From the NCBI GenBank assembly GCA_026414975.1, contig JAOAHZ010000007.1, positions 70,727 through 134,726 on the forward strand: DNA of 64,000 nucleotides, written 5' to 3'. Shown in pieces: positions 10,175 through 19,312 of the stretch (positions are counted from its first letter, which is position 1; each line of letters starts with the position of its first letter). Under the pieces are notes generated by a model, which saw nothing but the letters and a program-made list of their open reading frames with translations, ran no database searches and had not been told where the DNA came from. This DNA comes from Bacteroidia bacterium (GTDB taxonomy: Bacteria; Bacteroidota; Bacteroidia; SpSt-205). The translations under genes were made by a program, and so were the position numbers.

Positions 10175-11638
10175 TTAGCGGACGACGTTAATCATGAATC
10201 CAGTACGACCGTAAGGAGTCTGAGCGCTGAGGATATACATCCCTGCCGCCACATTCCCAAGGTCTAAAGAAACCGTTGCTTCGCCCGCAGGTACGGGACG
10301 CTCCCAGCTATGAAGTACAGCTCCATCTGTAGAGATAAGCTGGAAGCGCGCCACCGTGGCTACAGGTGTAGAAAGGAAGATATTGATGCAGTCCACGGCT
10401 GGATTCGGGTAGGGAATCCCAAAACCTTGCCTACCACTCTTTATGACAGAAGTTTGGCAGTTCGCCTGACTCACACCTCCGTTACTTCCAGGCGCCTGAT
10501 AGACGATGGGGAAGAGGAGAAAGTTAAGCTGATATCCTCCGCCAGAGAATATAAAGTACTGTGGATACCACTCATCCTTAAGTACCCACTGATCCGTACT
10601 TTGGCGAAAGCCAGGAGTAAGTAGATAGTTGCGTCCAACAAGATTAGTATCCCCCGTTAGGCAGAGGGCGTCCTCCTGGTAAGCAGGTCCTATGAGACCA
10701 CAGAGAGTATCCGCAATGCCATCTAAAGTAGGGTGATAAAGCTCATACTTAAGCGCAACATAGAATGAGCGAGGGCGATCCACCTCTACCGGTGAGCTAA
10801 AATAGACATGATCTAAGCGCTCTAGGCGATTAATTTGTTGTGACACACACTGACCTGAACTGGTGGGCCACCCTATACGAATTTGAGAGGCCGGTTTGGA
10901 TACTTGTGCAATCGTGTCTCCAGGGTAAATCCAGGGACGGACATCACCAGGCCCTACCTCGAGATCAAACGCAACAGTATCTCTAAGCTCATACCAAACG
11001 GTGTAGACGCCATCGCCATTATCACCTGTGGGAGCTACCAACTGACTCGCATCGCAGTCACGAGGGGTTGTCCCAGGCTTATTCAAAATATGAGCGGCCG
11101 CGCCTTTGATGTAAAGAGAGTTTCCAGAGCCAGCTAATGCGCAGGGATCTATATCATACCGTTCAGCGATGCCGCCCCCAATGTAGAATAGAGTGTCTGG
11201 AGCCGTATTAGTAGGTGGGAATAGATAGTTGCTAAAAAACGGAGGGTTGCCTGTTTGAACCGACCGAATCAGCCATGCTCCCACGCTATACAAGCTGTCG
11301 AAAAAGCTATGGTGACAATCAGAGGAAGTGTTAGGGTCTATATCCTCTCCGGCATTATTGGCCAGGAGGGTATCTCCCGCGAAGTTAGGCTGGGTACTAG
11401 GAGTATTGGGAACTGTATCGGCATCCTGACTCGGCTTGAGCCACGGGAGTGGAGGAAGTACAGAGGTTCTTAGCTGGGAAGGGGTAGTGCGGGGAATAGG
11501 TGCATCGCTGATCCGTTCCCAGCGAGCATTCTGGAATAAGGCATCAATTTCTGGGCGCCGCTTCAGAACTCGACGCTCTTGGGCCCACAGTAGGCTGTAC
11601 AGCCCAGCAATCCATGGTATTACCTTCAGGTAACGCAT
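10175..11638 (-). CDS. T9SS type-A sorting domain protein, passenger of unknown function
   Basis: Signal peptide ...SLLWAQ; C-terminal PYPNPAVD...LDLGNVAAGMYIL...INVVR. Confidence 0.85.
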   Translation of the reverse strand: MRYLKVIPWIAGLYSLLWAQERRVLKRRPEIDALFQNARWERISDAPIPRTTPSQLRTSVLPPLPWLKPSQDADTVPNTPSTQPNFAGDTLLANNAGEDIDPNTSSDCHHSFFDSLYSVGAWLIRSVQTGNPPFFSNYLFPPTNTAPDTLFYIGGGIAERYDIDPCALAGSGNSLYIKGAAAHILNKPGTTPRDCDASQLVAPTGDNGDGVYTVWYELRDTVAFDLEVGPGDVRPWIYPGDTIAQVSKPASQIRIGWPTSSGQCVSQQINRLERLDHVYFSSPVEVDRPRSFYVALKYELYHPTLDGIADTLCGLIGPAYQEDALCLTGDTNLVGRNYLLTPGFRQSTDQWVLKDEWYPQYFIFSGGGYQLNFLLFPIVYQAPGSNGGVSQANCQTSVIKSGRQGFGIPYPNPAVDCINIFLSTPVATVARFQLISTDGAVLHSWERPVPAGEATVSLDLGNVAAGMYILSAQTPYGRTGFMINVVR

Positions 11639-11781
11639 ATCAATAGCAAAGGTAAAACTTTCCGTAAAAAGTCAAGCCTGCTTAGATAAATCCGATCCAG
11701 CATTCATTTCATAACGTCCTGCGGGAGAAGCAGTTGGTGGGTAGAATCGTATTTTTTTTGGTTTTTGAGAGGCAAGGCCGA

Positions 11782-11789
11782 TACATTTG
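11782..11789 (+). promoter_or_regulatory. -7 promoter element TACATTTG for smpB
   Basis: Exact TAnnTTTG 5 nt before ATG 11795; TTTG ending at 11760, 21 nt upstream. Confidence 0.75.
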
Positions 11790-11794
11790 TCCCT

Positions 11795-12244
11795 ATGTTA
11801 GCCACCCCGATCTACAACCGTAAAGCCTTATACGACTACCAAATACTGGAGCGCTACACGGCGGGCATAGTCCTAACGGGGCCAGAGGTCAAGTCCTTAC
11901 GAGCAGGAGGGGCTCAGCTTCAAGACGCATTTTGTGCATTCAAGCATGGAGAGTTGCATATCTTGAACCTGTACATCGCTCCATACAAGCAGGCGGGCTA
12001 TACGCATACTCCCGAGCGACGACCGAGGAAACTCCTCCTTAAGAAAGATGAACTTAGGCGGCTCCAGGGCCGACTGACCCAGAAAGGGTTAACCATCATT
12101 CCTCTACGAATCTTCTTCAATGAGCGAGGCTGGGCGAAGGTAGAAATAGGCATCGCTGAAGGACGCCGAAAGTACGACAAACGGCAGGCTATTCGGGCCC
12201 GAGAGGAGCGCCGAGCTATGGAGCGCTTACAAAAGCGGTACTAA
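11795..12244 (+). CDS. smpB: SsrA-binding protein
   Basis: NRKALYDY, AGIVLTGPEVKSLR, RPRKLLL, GRRKYDKR. Confidence 0.97.
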   Translation: MLATPIYNRKALYDYQILERYTAGIVLTGPEVKSLRAGGAQLQDAFCAFKHGELHILNLYIAPYKQAGYTHTPERRPRKLLLKKDELRRLQGRLTQKGLTIIPLRIFFNERGWAKVEIGIAEGRRKYDKRQAIRAREERRAMERLQKRY

Positions 12245-12246
12245 GA

Positions 12247-13227
12247 GTGGTTCGGTTTGGGCTGCGATTAGCACTTGAAAGCATAGGCATCCTTTTTCTT
12301 AGCTTCACTCTTATTTTTCTGCTCTTGAGGGGGCTGGGCGATCCTGCTCAGATGCTTTTAGGGCAACGCTCGGATCAGGTCTCTATGGCAGCGATTCGAG
12401 CTCAGCTCCACTTAGATGCCCCATTATGGAAGCAGTACCTGTACGCTTGGGCAGACTGGCTACCCTATCGAGAGGGGCGTTGGCAGATTCCGTCCTTAGG
12501 GACATCCTATCAGTATGGGCGTCCCGTGATGGAGCTCTACTTAGAAAGATTTCCTGCTACGGCTATTTTAGCCATAAGTGGACTATTTCTGGGTTTCCTA
12601 TTAGGGGTTCTTTTGGGACTTCGGCAGGCGATACGCCCCTCATGGCTCCTGGAACGAGGGATGTTGGCTATCCTTGCCCTGCCCGGCTACGTAATAGGGA
12701 TTCTCTTAGTTGTGCTACTGGCTATCAAAGCTGGGCCATGGACAGGCTTTCCTCCCCATGGCTATATACGGGAGTTTGACCTGATCAAAGAAGCCTTTGT
12801 ATGGCGGTGGAGAGCTTGGGTTCTTCCTGCCCTTGCGCTCTCCTTGCGTCCTGCAGCCCATCTCTTTTTTCTCACCTACACCCAAGCTCAGGAGCTTCTT
12901 TGGTCAGACTTTGTGCGCACCGCTCGAGCCAAAGGAAAGCCTACCTCCCGAATCCTTCTGCTCGACGTGGGGCGCAATCTCCTGCCTACCATTGCCGTTA
13001 GCCTATCTCAATGGCTGGCAGGGCTTTTCACGGGAGCGGTGTTTATAGAAGAGCTATTTGACTGGCCAGGTGTGGGGAAGCTCCTTTTCTCAGCCATGGC
13101 CAGTAGCGACTTCCCCCTCCTGATGGGTATATCTCAGCTTTCTACCCTACTATTTATCCTACTTCATGCCGCTGGAGAAATAATCAGCCGCTGGGCTGAC
13201 CCTCGGCTGCGTACTTTAGCGCAGTAA
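12247..13227 (+). CDS. ABC transporter permease, DppB/OppB family
   Basis: GDPAQMLLGQ, LGTSY, DFVRTARAKG, GAVFIEELFDWPGVG, ADPRLR. Confidence 0.9.
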   Translation: MVRFGLRLALESIGILFLSFTLIFLLLRGLGDPAQMLLGQRSDQVSMAAIRAQLHLDAPLWKQYLYAWADWLPYREGRWQIPSLGTSYQYGRPVMELYLERFPATAILAISGLFLGFLLGVLLGLRQAIRPSWLLERGMLAILALPGYVIGILLVVLLAIKAGPWTGFPPHGYIREFDLIKEAFVWRWRAWVLPALALSLRPAAHLFFLTYTQAQELLWSDFVRTARAKGKPTSRILLLDVGRNLLPTIAVSLSQWLAGLFTGAVFIEELFDWPGVGKLLFSAMASSDFPLLMGISQLSTLLFILLHAAGEIISRWADPRLRTLAQ

Positions 13228-16200
13228 AGTTACTGTGCCGCTGTGTGCCTCCACCGAGGATCTATCCGCCAGCTTATAGCGGATTAAGAACACATAACTC
13301 CCTTCTGGAACGGGTGTTCCATCTTTAGTGCCGTCCCAAGTAAGCTGATCCGATCCAGACGTGGTATAGATCAGCAGCCCCCACCGGTCGTAAATACTCA
13401 TCTCCATGCGCTCCATCCCGTACCCAATCACTATAAAGCGATCATTTATTCCATCTCCATTAGGAGTAAACGCATTAGGTACAAGCAAAGCATATCCCGT
13501 TACATCAAAGCAATAAGAAGCCGTATCCACACATCCCAAAGGACTTTCTACCGTGAGATACACGCAGTAGGTTCCTTTTCGAAGGTACGAAATGGTATAA
13601 CTAATGCCTGTATCAGCTTCTTGACTATCTGCACGCCAGAAGAACCGAGTATTGAGCGGAGCTGAGGCTGCTGTGAAAGTAATCGGCGAGGATACATAAT
13701 AGCCAAGGGAGCTGGGTTGCGGCGGTGCAATGATCTGAGCAGTGGGAAAGCCCTCTACATAGATGGGCACTTGGATAGTATCATAGCACTGGGAAGAGCT
13801 CTGAGCGTAGAAGGTAGCTATGTACTGCCCTGGTTGGGTATAAGTGTGCGTAGCTTGACTACCAGGGATTTGAGTACCGTCCCCCATGTCCCAACGGAAT
13901 GTAAGAGGGTTCCCAAGGCTGCTGGTACCCGTGGCAGATAGCTCCACTTGAAGAGGAGCGCACCCCTGTGGGGGTGTAGGCGAGGTCGATAAAAGCTGAG
14001 CCGTAACTCTGTCCCCAGTTGCAGAGATAGTGATAGGTAGTACAAAAGTATCAGCACATCCGATGCTATTCCGAACAACGAGCTGGACCAGATAGGTTCC
14101 AGCGCTTCTGTAGAATCCTGAAGCGGTCGGCGCAGAAGTCGTGAGAGTAGTCCCGTTTCCAAAATCCCAGATGTAGGTAAGGGTGTCCGTTCCCTGCACC
14201 GTAGCTGCAAAATCTACCGACACAGGCAGACAATCAGGAATAGGTTGATTGGTCAAGCTAAGTATTTCTACGCTATCGGTAGGGGTAAGCACGAAGACCG
14301 TTCGCCCTTGACAATTGAGCGAGTCACGACCTATGAACTCATACGGCACGCCTACAGGGATACCCGTGAAAGTAGGACTATTCTGAGGTCCGAAGGTGGG
14401 ACCTGTGCCTGGCGTAACAGGTGCAGCTTGATACACTAAAGGAGGAACGGCATTGGGAGCGGTTGAAAGAGTTACAGTACCTGTAGAAGCGCCCTTACAA
14501 GTCCTCTGACCCACAGCGGTCAGACCGATGGCGTTTCGGGTATCTACAATTAGTGTATCGGTCGCAGTGCATCCCTGAGCCGTAGAAGCTCGGACAACTA
14601 CGATATATTGAGCAGGTACAGGAAAGGTGTAGGTAACATTTGGCCCTGTCGTAGTCTGAGAAGTACCATTTCCAAAGTCCCATGTGAAACTCAAACCCCC
14701 TCCAAGCGTAGAAGTAGCCTGAACTTCTAACCGAAGTGTGAGGGGGGCACAGCCGTAACGAATACTATCGCCCAAAAATGAAACCGTAATGCTATCACCC
14801 TGACCGACGAATAGGGTGTCGGCTTTGGTACAAGTGATTGGAGTCGGACCAGCTACGACTACCACATACGAACCAGGAACTAAGCCACCAAAGCCACCAG
14901 AGGCTTGAGGCCCAGCCACAACGTTACCCGATATGTCATACAAGGTGTAAGTATATGTGCCAGGTGAGTTAGGTGTGACCGTAATCGAGCCATCCGCAAG
15001 CCCCCGACAAGTCGCCGAGTTAGTCTGCACCGTGAAATCAGGTAGAGGGTTGAAGATAGCTACAGCGGTATCTATCCGAATACAACCATTAGCGTCTTGA
15101 GTAACTGCATAGAGAGGCACATTACCGGTGAAAGTCAGAGGGACTGTGTAAGAAAGACTTGTCCCAGTCCCGATTAGGGTGCCTGTAAGGGGAGCCCCTG
15201 TGTACCATTGGATGGGCAATCCAAGAGCAGAGGTTGCCGACAAGGTGATCGTCTGGCCCACACACGCTTGTATGGGTTCTTGAATGCGGACCGTATCAGG
15301 AGGGAATATTCTCACACGCAAAGTATCTCTATCCACGCAGCCCCCCCGAAAGGTTACCGTGGCAATGTATTCTCCTGGTCCTGTGACCGTTACCAGAGGA
15401 CGAATAGCTTGACTAAGAGGCGGCGGAGGAAAGGAAGGCGGCGCAGCCAGCCCTCCTGTCGTGCTCCACCCTACCGATGCAATGTCCGACGCATTGGGCA
15501 CCGAATCACGCACGGTCAAGTATAGCCAAAGTTGAGTCCCCAAACAAACCGTTGTATCTCGGGTAATCACCGTGTCCCCAGGCGCACGAATGACCGCTAT
15601 GCCTCCATTCCACGCCAACCCAGGTCTCACCCGCAGAATGTAGGTGTAATCCCAGCGCACACGTATCGGACAGCTATTATTCTCTACTGTAATGACTACT
15701 GTATGGTCCCCTAAGTCCGATGTGGTTGGGGTCCAACAGAGCTGAACCTGAGCGTTATTTGTATTGTTCCCTGATACAGTAGCGGTAGCTCCCGGTGGAA
15801 TCTGCACCACAGTTATGCGCAGTCTATTCTGAGGAGCGGGATTGATGGTATCCCGATAATTGAATGTCAAGCAGTACTGCTGAGGAGGCTGACTGGGGCA
15901 TAAGGGCAAGGTGAATATAAATGAGTTTGCATTGCCTTCGTCATATACAGCTGGGGGACGGTTCGGCGGAATTGTCACAGCAGTAGGAGGCGTAGGTGTA
16001 GGACAGTTCTGAATGATTAAGTACACATCCTGAAAAGTCTCTCCGATTTTTACGCCGTTGCGATACTCTTCTACTTTGTAGCAGAAGGCCGCCCGATAAA
16101 TCTGCGAAGGGATATATCTAAAAAGTCCTCCTGATTGGATCAAAAAACCAGTCGTAGTAGGGAAGGGATTGATGCCGCTTCGCCCTGGAACATAGGTTGT

Positions 16201-16872
16201 AGGGGGGAAGGGCGGAGGCGTAGATCCGAAAGGCTGATCTAAACAGTTTGTTAGAGAAAGGACTAAAGAGTCGCCATCGGGATCCACTACGCCTAAGTTC
16301 AAAAGGGTAGGACGATTGACGCAATTGAAAAATTGGGGGATGTTAGAAAAGACTGGGGAGTTATTACAAGGCACGACGGTGTTATCCAAAAGAGCGTACA
16401 AGGTCGTCCCTTGGGAGTCTGGATCATCTAAGTTATCAATAGAGGCAGAGCGGCAGCAGTCATCGTGCCAGATGACCCAGTCGCTTCCGCACCCTGTAGG
16501 AAGTGAAATAGTTGTTTCGTAGATCCATCGCTGAATTCCATATAGACCTGGGGCTCCGTTGGGACAGGCGGTGGGCTGTCCTGTACAGACGGGCGTTACG
16601 TCCTGACCCGCCCCCGGACCAGCTACAGGTATTGGAATACTAACAGACTGAGAGACACCGCATTGAGCCGATGACCACCTCACTACAATACTACCCATCG
16701 GAATGCCGTTGCAGTCTCGATAGATGGTTACGCGGATTCTATACCGAGTTTGGCTGGGATTAGCAGGATTAGGACCGAGACACTGATAGGTCAAATCGCC
16801 TCCCAGGTAATGCGAAGCCCACAGAGAATGAATACTCAGAATGGCAAGCCTGATCGACTCTCTCAGCCTCAC
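13216..16872 (-). CDS. Large PKD/SprB-repeat surface protein with gliding-motility-associated (T9SS type-B) C-terminal domain
   Basis: SHYLGGDLTY...IYRDCNG N-terminus; WDFGNG/WDMGDG PKD motifs; VPNAFTPNGDGIND...IYDRWG...WDGT...GTVTLLR. Confidence 0.9.
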   Translation of the reverse strand: MRLRESIRLAILSIHSLWASHYLGGDLTYQCLGPNPANPSQTRYRIRVTIYRDCNGIPMGSIVVRWSSAQCGVSQSVSIPIPVAGPGAGQDVTPVCTGQPTACPNGAPGLYGIQRWIYETTISLPTGCGSDWVIWHDDCCRSASIDNLDDPDSQGTTLYALLDNTVVPCNNSPVFSNIPQFFNCVNRPTLLNLGVVDPDGDSLVLSLTNCLDQPFGSTPPPFPPTTYVPGRSGINPFPTTTGFLIQSGGLFRYIPSQIYRAAFCYKVEEYRNGVKIGETFQDVYLIIQNCPTPTPPTAVTIPPNRPPAVYDEGNANSFIFTLPLCPSQPPQQYCLTFNYRDTINPAPQNRLRITVVQIPPGATATVSGNNTNNAQVQLCWTPTTSDLGDHTVVITVENNSCPIRVRWDYTYILRVRPGLAWNGGIAVIRAPGDTVITRDTTVCLGTQLWLYLTVRDSVPNASDIASVGWSTTGGLAAPPSFPPPPLSQAIRPLVTVTGPGEYIATVTFRGGCVDRDTLRVRIFPPDTVRIQEPIQACVGQTITLSATSALGLPIQWYTGAPLTGTLIGTGTSLSYTVPLTFTGNVPLYAVTQDANGCIRIDTAVAIFNPLPDFTVQTNSATCRGLADGSITVTPNSPGTYTYTLYDISGNVVAGPQASGGFGGLVPGSYVVVVAGPTPITCTKADTLFVGQGDSITVSFLGDSIRYGCAPLTLRLEVQATSTLGGGLSFTWDFGNGTSQTTTGPNVTYTFPVPAQYIVVVRASTAQGCTATDTLIVDTRNAIGLTAVGQRTCKGASTGTVTLSTAPNAVPPLVYQAAPVTPGTGPTFGPQNSPTFTGIPVGVPYEFIGRDSLNCQGRTVFVLTPTDSVEILSLTNQPIPDCLPVSVDFAATVQGTDTLTYIWDFGNGTTLTTSAPTASGFYRSAGTYLVQLVVRNSIGCADTFVLPITISATGDRVTAQLLSTSPTPPQGCAPLQVELSATGTSSLGNPLTFRWDMGDGTQIPGSQATHTYTQPGQYIATFYAQSSSQCYDTIQVPIYVEGFPTAQIIAPPQPSSLGYYVSSPITFTAASAPLNTRFFWRADSQEADTGISYTISYLRKGTYCVYLTVESPLGCVDTASYCFDVTGYALLVPNAFTPNGDGINDRFIVIGYGMERMEMSIYDRWGLLIYTTSGSDQLTWDGTKDGTPVPEGSYVFLIRYKLADRSSVEAHSGTVTLLR

Positions 16873-16928
16873 TGCGTAGCAAAGTTATGAAAAATCAGGA
16901 CTTAGGGTACAAGTCCTACTTTTATACT

Positions 16929-17504
16929 ATGCAGGAGAGGATTCGGCACAGCATAGAAGAGGCCATTTCCCTCAGGCGGGCGATGGTAGAGTCGCTCGAC
17001 CAGTTAGACCTCATAGAGCGCATTACCCGAGCCGTGATACAGACGCTCAGAGGAGGGGGACGCGTGTTCTTTTGTGGAAACGGGGGCAGTGCAGCCGATG
17101 CTCAACACTTAGCTGCTGAGCTCACAGGTCGCTACTACAAGGACCGCCCGCCTCTTCCAGCCGAGGCTTTGCATGTCAATACGTCCTTTCTCACCGCGGT
17201 AGCGAATGATTACGGCTACGAGGAGACCTACGCTCGGCTGCTTCGAGGCTGGGGGCGAGCAGGGGATCTATTATGGGCTATGAGCACTTCAGGTAACTCC
17301 CCCAATATCCTAAAGGCTTTAGACACCGCCCGAGAGTTGGGCATGACGACCGTAGGCCTCACGGGCGCTACAGGCGGACAAATGATAGGACGCTGTGATT
17401 ACCTCTTGCGGGTTCCCTCTACCGACACACCTCGCATTCAAGAGATGCACATGCTCGTAGGACATATCGTATGCGAGCTGGTGGAAAGGGAGCTTTTTGG
17501 ATAG
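16929..17504 (+). CDS. gmhA: Phosphoheptose isomerase
   Basis: CGNGGSAADAQHLAAEL, TAVANDY, STSGNS, TPRIQEMH. Confidence 0.95.
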   Translation: MQERIRHSIEEAISLRRAMVESLDQLDLIERITRAVIQTLRGGGRVFFCGNGGSAADAQHLAAELTGRYYKDRPPLPAEALHVNTSFLTAVANDYGYEETYARLLRGWGRAGDLLWAMSTSGNSPNILKALDTARELGMTTVGLTGATGGQMIGRCDYLLRVPSTDTPRIQEMHMLVGHIVCELVERELFG

Positions 17505-17554
17505 CTACAAACAGCCCCATCCTCCCTCGCTTTATCTTGCTGTAACTTCGTCTC

Positions 17555-19312
17555 ATGCGCACCGGGACGCTGGGTGTCAATCTGTCGGGACTGCTGCCTA
17601 TTATTCGTCGGTATCTCTATACCCATTCGGATGTATTTCTTCGGGAACTGATAGCTAATGGCGTAGATGCCTGCCAAAAACTACTAGCCATTGGCCCCCG
17701 AGAGAACATTACTCTATCCCCCGATCAGCTTAGGGTAGAAATAGTTGTCTATCCTGCCAAGCGCCAGCTTGTCGTTCGCGATAATGGGATAGGTATGACA
17801 GAGGAGGAGGTGGAGCGGTTTCTCACAGTCATTGCAGCTTCAAGCGCCAGAGAGTTCGCAGAGAAGTACAAAGAGACGGACATTATTGGATTTTTCGGGA
17901 TGGGGTTTTACTCAGCCTTCATGGTGGCGGAAAAAGTGGAAGTTTTGACCCAATCCTACCGAGCCGAATTACCCGCCGTCCGCTGGATTGGAGACGGCTC
18001 GGAAAACTACCACATAGAGCTAACCCAACGCCCAGAGGGGCGAGGAACCACCGTTACCCTTCACCTGGCCAAAGAGTATGAAGAGTATGCCCAAGTCTGG
18101 AAGGTACGGCAAATCGCCGAGAAGTATGCCCGCTTTCTCCCCATATCTATCTCTGTAGAGGGCAGTCCTATCAATCAAAAGCCTTTATGGCGAGACCATC
18201 CAACCCAAGTCCAACCTGAAACGTACAAGCAATTTTATCGGCTTCTCTACCCGGGGCGTCCAGAGCCCGTCTTTCATGTGCATCTAAACATAGATTACCC
18301 TGTCCATCTCCAAGGTATCTTGTACTTTCCTCCTCTCCGCCCCGAGATGGTTGTGGAAAAGAACACCCTTTCGCTGTATGTGCGGGGGATGTTTATTACG
18401 GATCAACTGAGTGAGCTTCTGCCTCCCTATTTTGAACTTCTACACGGAGTGATCGAGTCAGCCGACATTCCTCTAAATGTGTCGCGCAGCCAACTCCAGA
18501 TAGACCCTACTGTACGCAAAATCAGCCAATACATTAGCCGAAAGGTTGCCGAAAAGCTTAAGGAGCTTGCAGAAACCGACCGTAGCGCTTACGAGAAAGT
18601 ATGGGATAGCGTAGGACCCTTCGTAAAATACGGCATGGTGAGAGATGAAGATTTTGCTAAGAGGGTAAAAGACATTGTGCTGTTTCATGCCGTGAGTGGA
18701 GAATTTTTTACCCTCCCTGAATACAAAGCTAAAGTCAGTGCAGCGAGGGATCCACGAGGTTTCATCGTGGGATTTTATGTGAATGACCTCAAAAAACAAG
18801 GAACCTTAGCTCAGCTCTTTCAATCTAAGGGCTATATTGTAGTCAAAGCGGACAGCGTTATAGACCCCTACTGGCTCTCTCATGTAGAAGCCTCGGAGGG
18901 ACTTCGCTTCGTGCGCGTGGATGCAGAGGAAGCGGCACGCTGGTTAGAGTCTAATGAGGGAGAGGGTGCTTTGAACGTCCAAGAGATTCAAAGCGTAAAG
19001 GAAGCCCTTGAGCGCCTCACAGCTCTCAAGGTAGAGCCGCAAGCTATGGGACCTAATGGACCCGCTGCCCTCCTTTTGAGAGAGGAAAGTCAGCGTCGCC
19101 TATACGAAGCTACCTTACAAGGCGAAGTACCCTCCCCTTCACGGTTCATTTTCAATACTCAACATCCCATCTATCGGCGATATTTGCTCACTCAGGACAT
19201 ACGATGGTTAGAACACGCACGAGATTGGGCTCGGCTACTCAGTGGCGACTTAGGGGAAACCGACCTTCAGGCTTTTCTCTCGCGCGACTGGTCTCTTTTA
19301 TCGGGCTCTTAG
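17555..19312 (+). CDS. htpG: Molecular chaperone HtpG (Hsp90)
   Basis: VFLRELIANGVDA, DNGIGM, IGFFGMGFYSAFMVA, DIPLNVSRS. Confidence 0.93.
   Translation: MRTGTLGVNLSGLLPIIRRYLYTHSDVFLRELIANGVDACQKLLAIGPRENITLSPDQLRVEIVVYPAKRQLVVRDNGIGMTEEEVERFLTVIAASSAREFAEKYKETDIIGFFGMGFYSAFMVAEKVEVLTQSYRAELPAVRWIGDGSENYHIELTQRPEGRGTTVTLHLAKEYEEYAQVWKVRQIAEKYARFLPISISVEGSPINQKPLWRDHPTQVQPETYKQFYRLLYPGRPEPVFHVHLNIDYPVHLQGILYFPPLRPEMVVEKNTLSLYVRGMFITDQLSELLPPYFELLHGVIESADIPLNVSRSQLQIDPTVRKISQYISRKVAEKLKELAETDRSAYEKVWDSVGPFVKYGMVRDEDFAKRVKDIVLFHAVSGEFFTLPEYKAKVSAARDPRGFIVGFYVNDLKKQGTLAQLFQSKGYIVVKADSVIDPYWLSHVEASEGLRFVRVDAEEAARWLESNEGEGALNVQEIQSVKEALERLTALKVEPQAMGPNGPAALLLREESQRRLYEATLQGEVPSPSRFIFNTQHPIYRRYLLTQDIRWLEHARDWARLLSGDLGETDLQAFLSRDWSLLSGS

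Noticed and set aside
11639..12300. tmRNA next to smpB
   Set aside because: The gap is only about 155 bp and lacks tRNA-like ends
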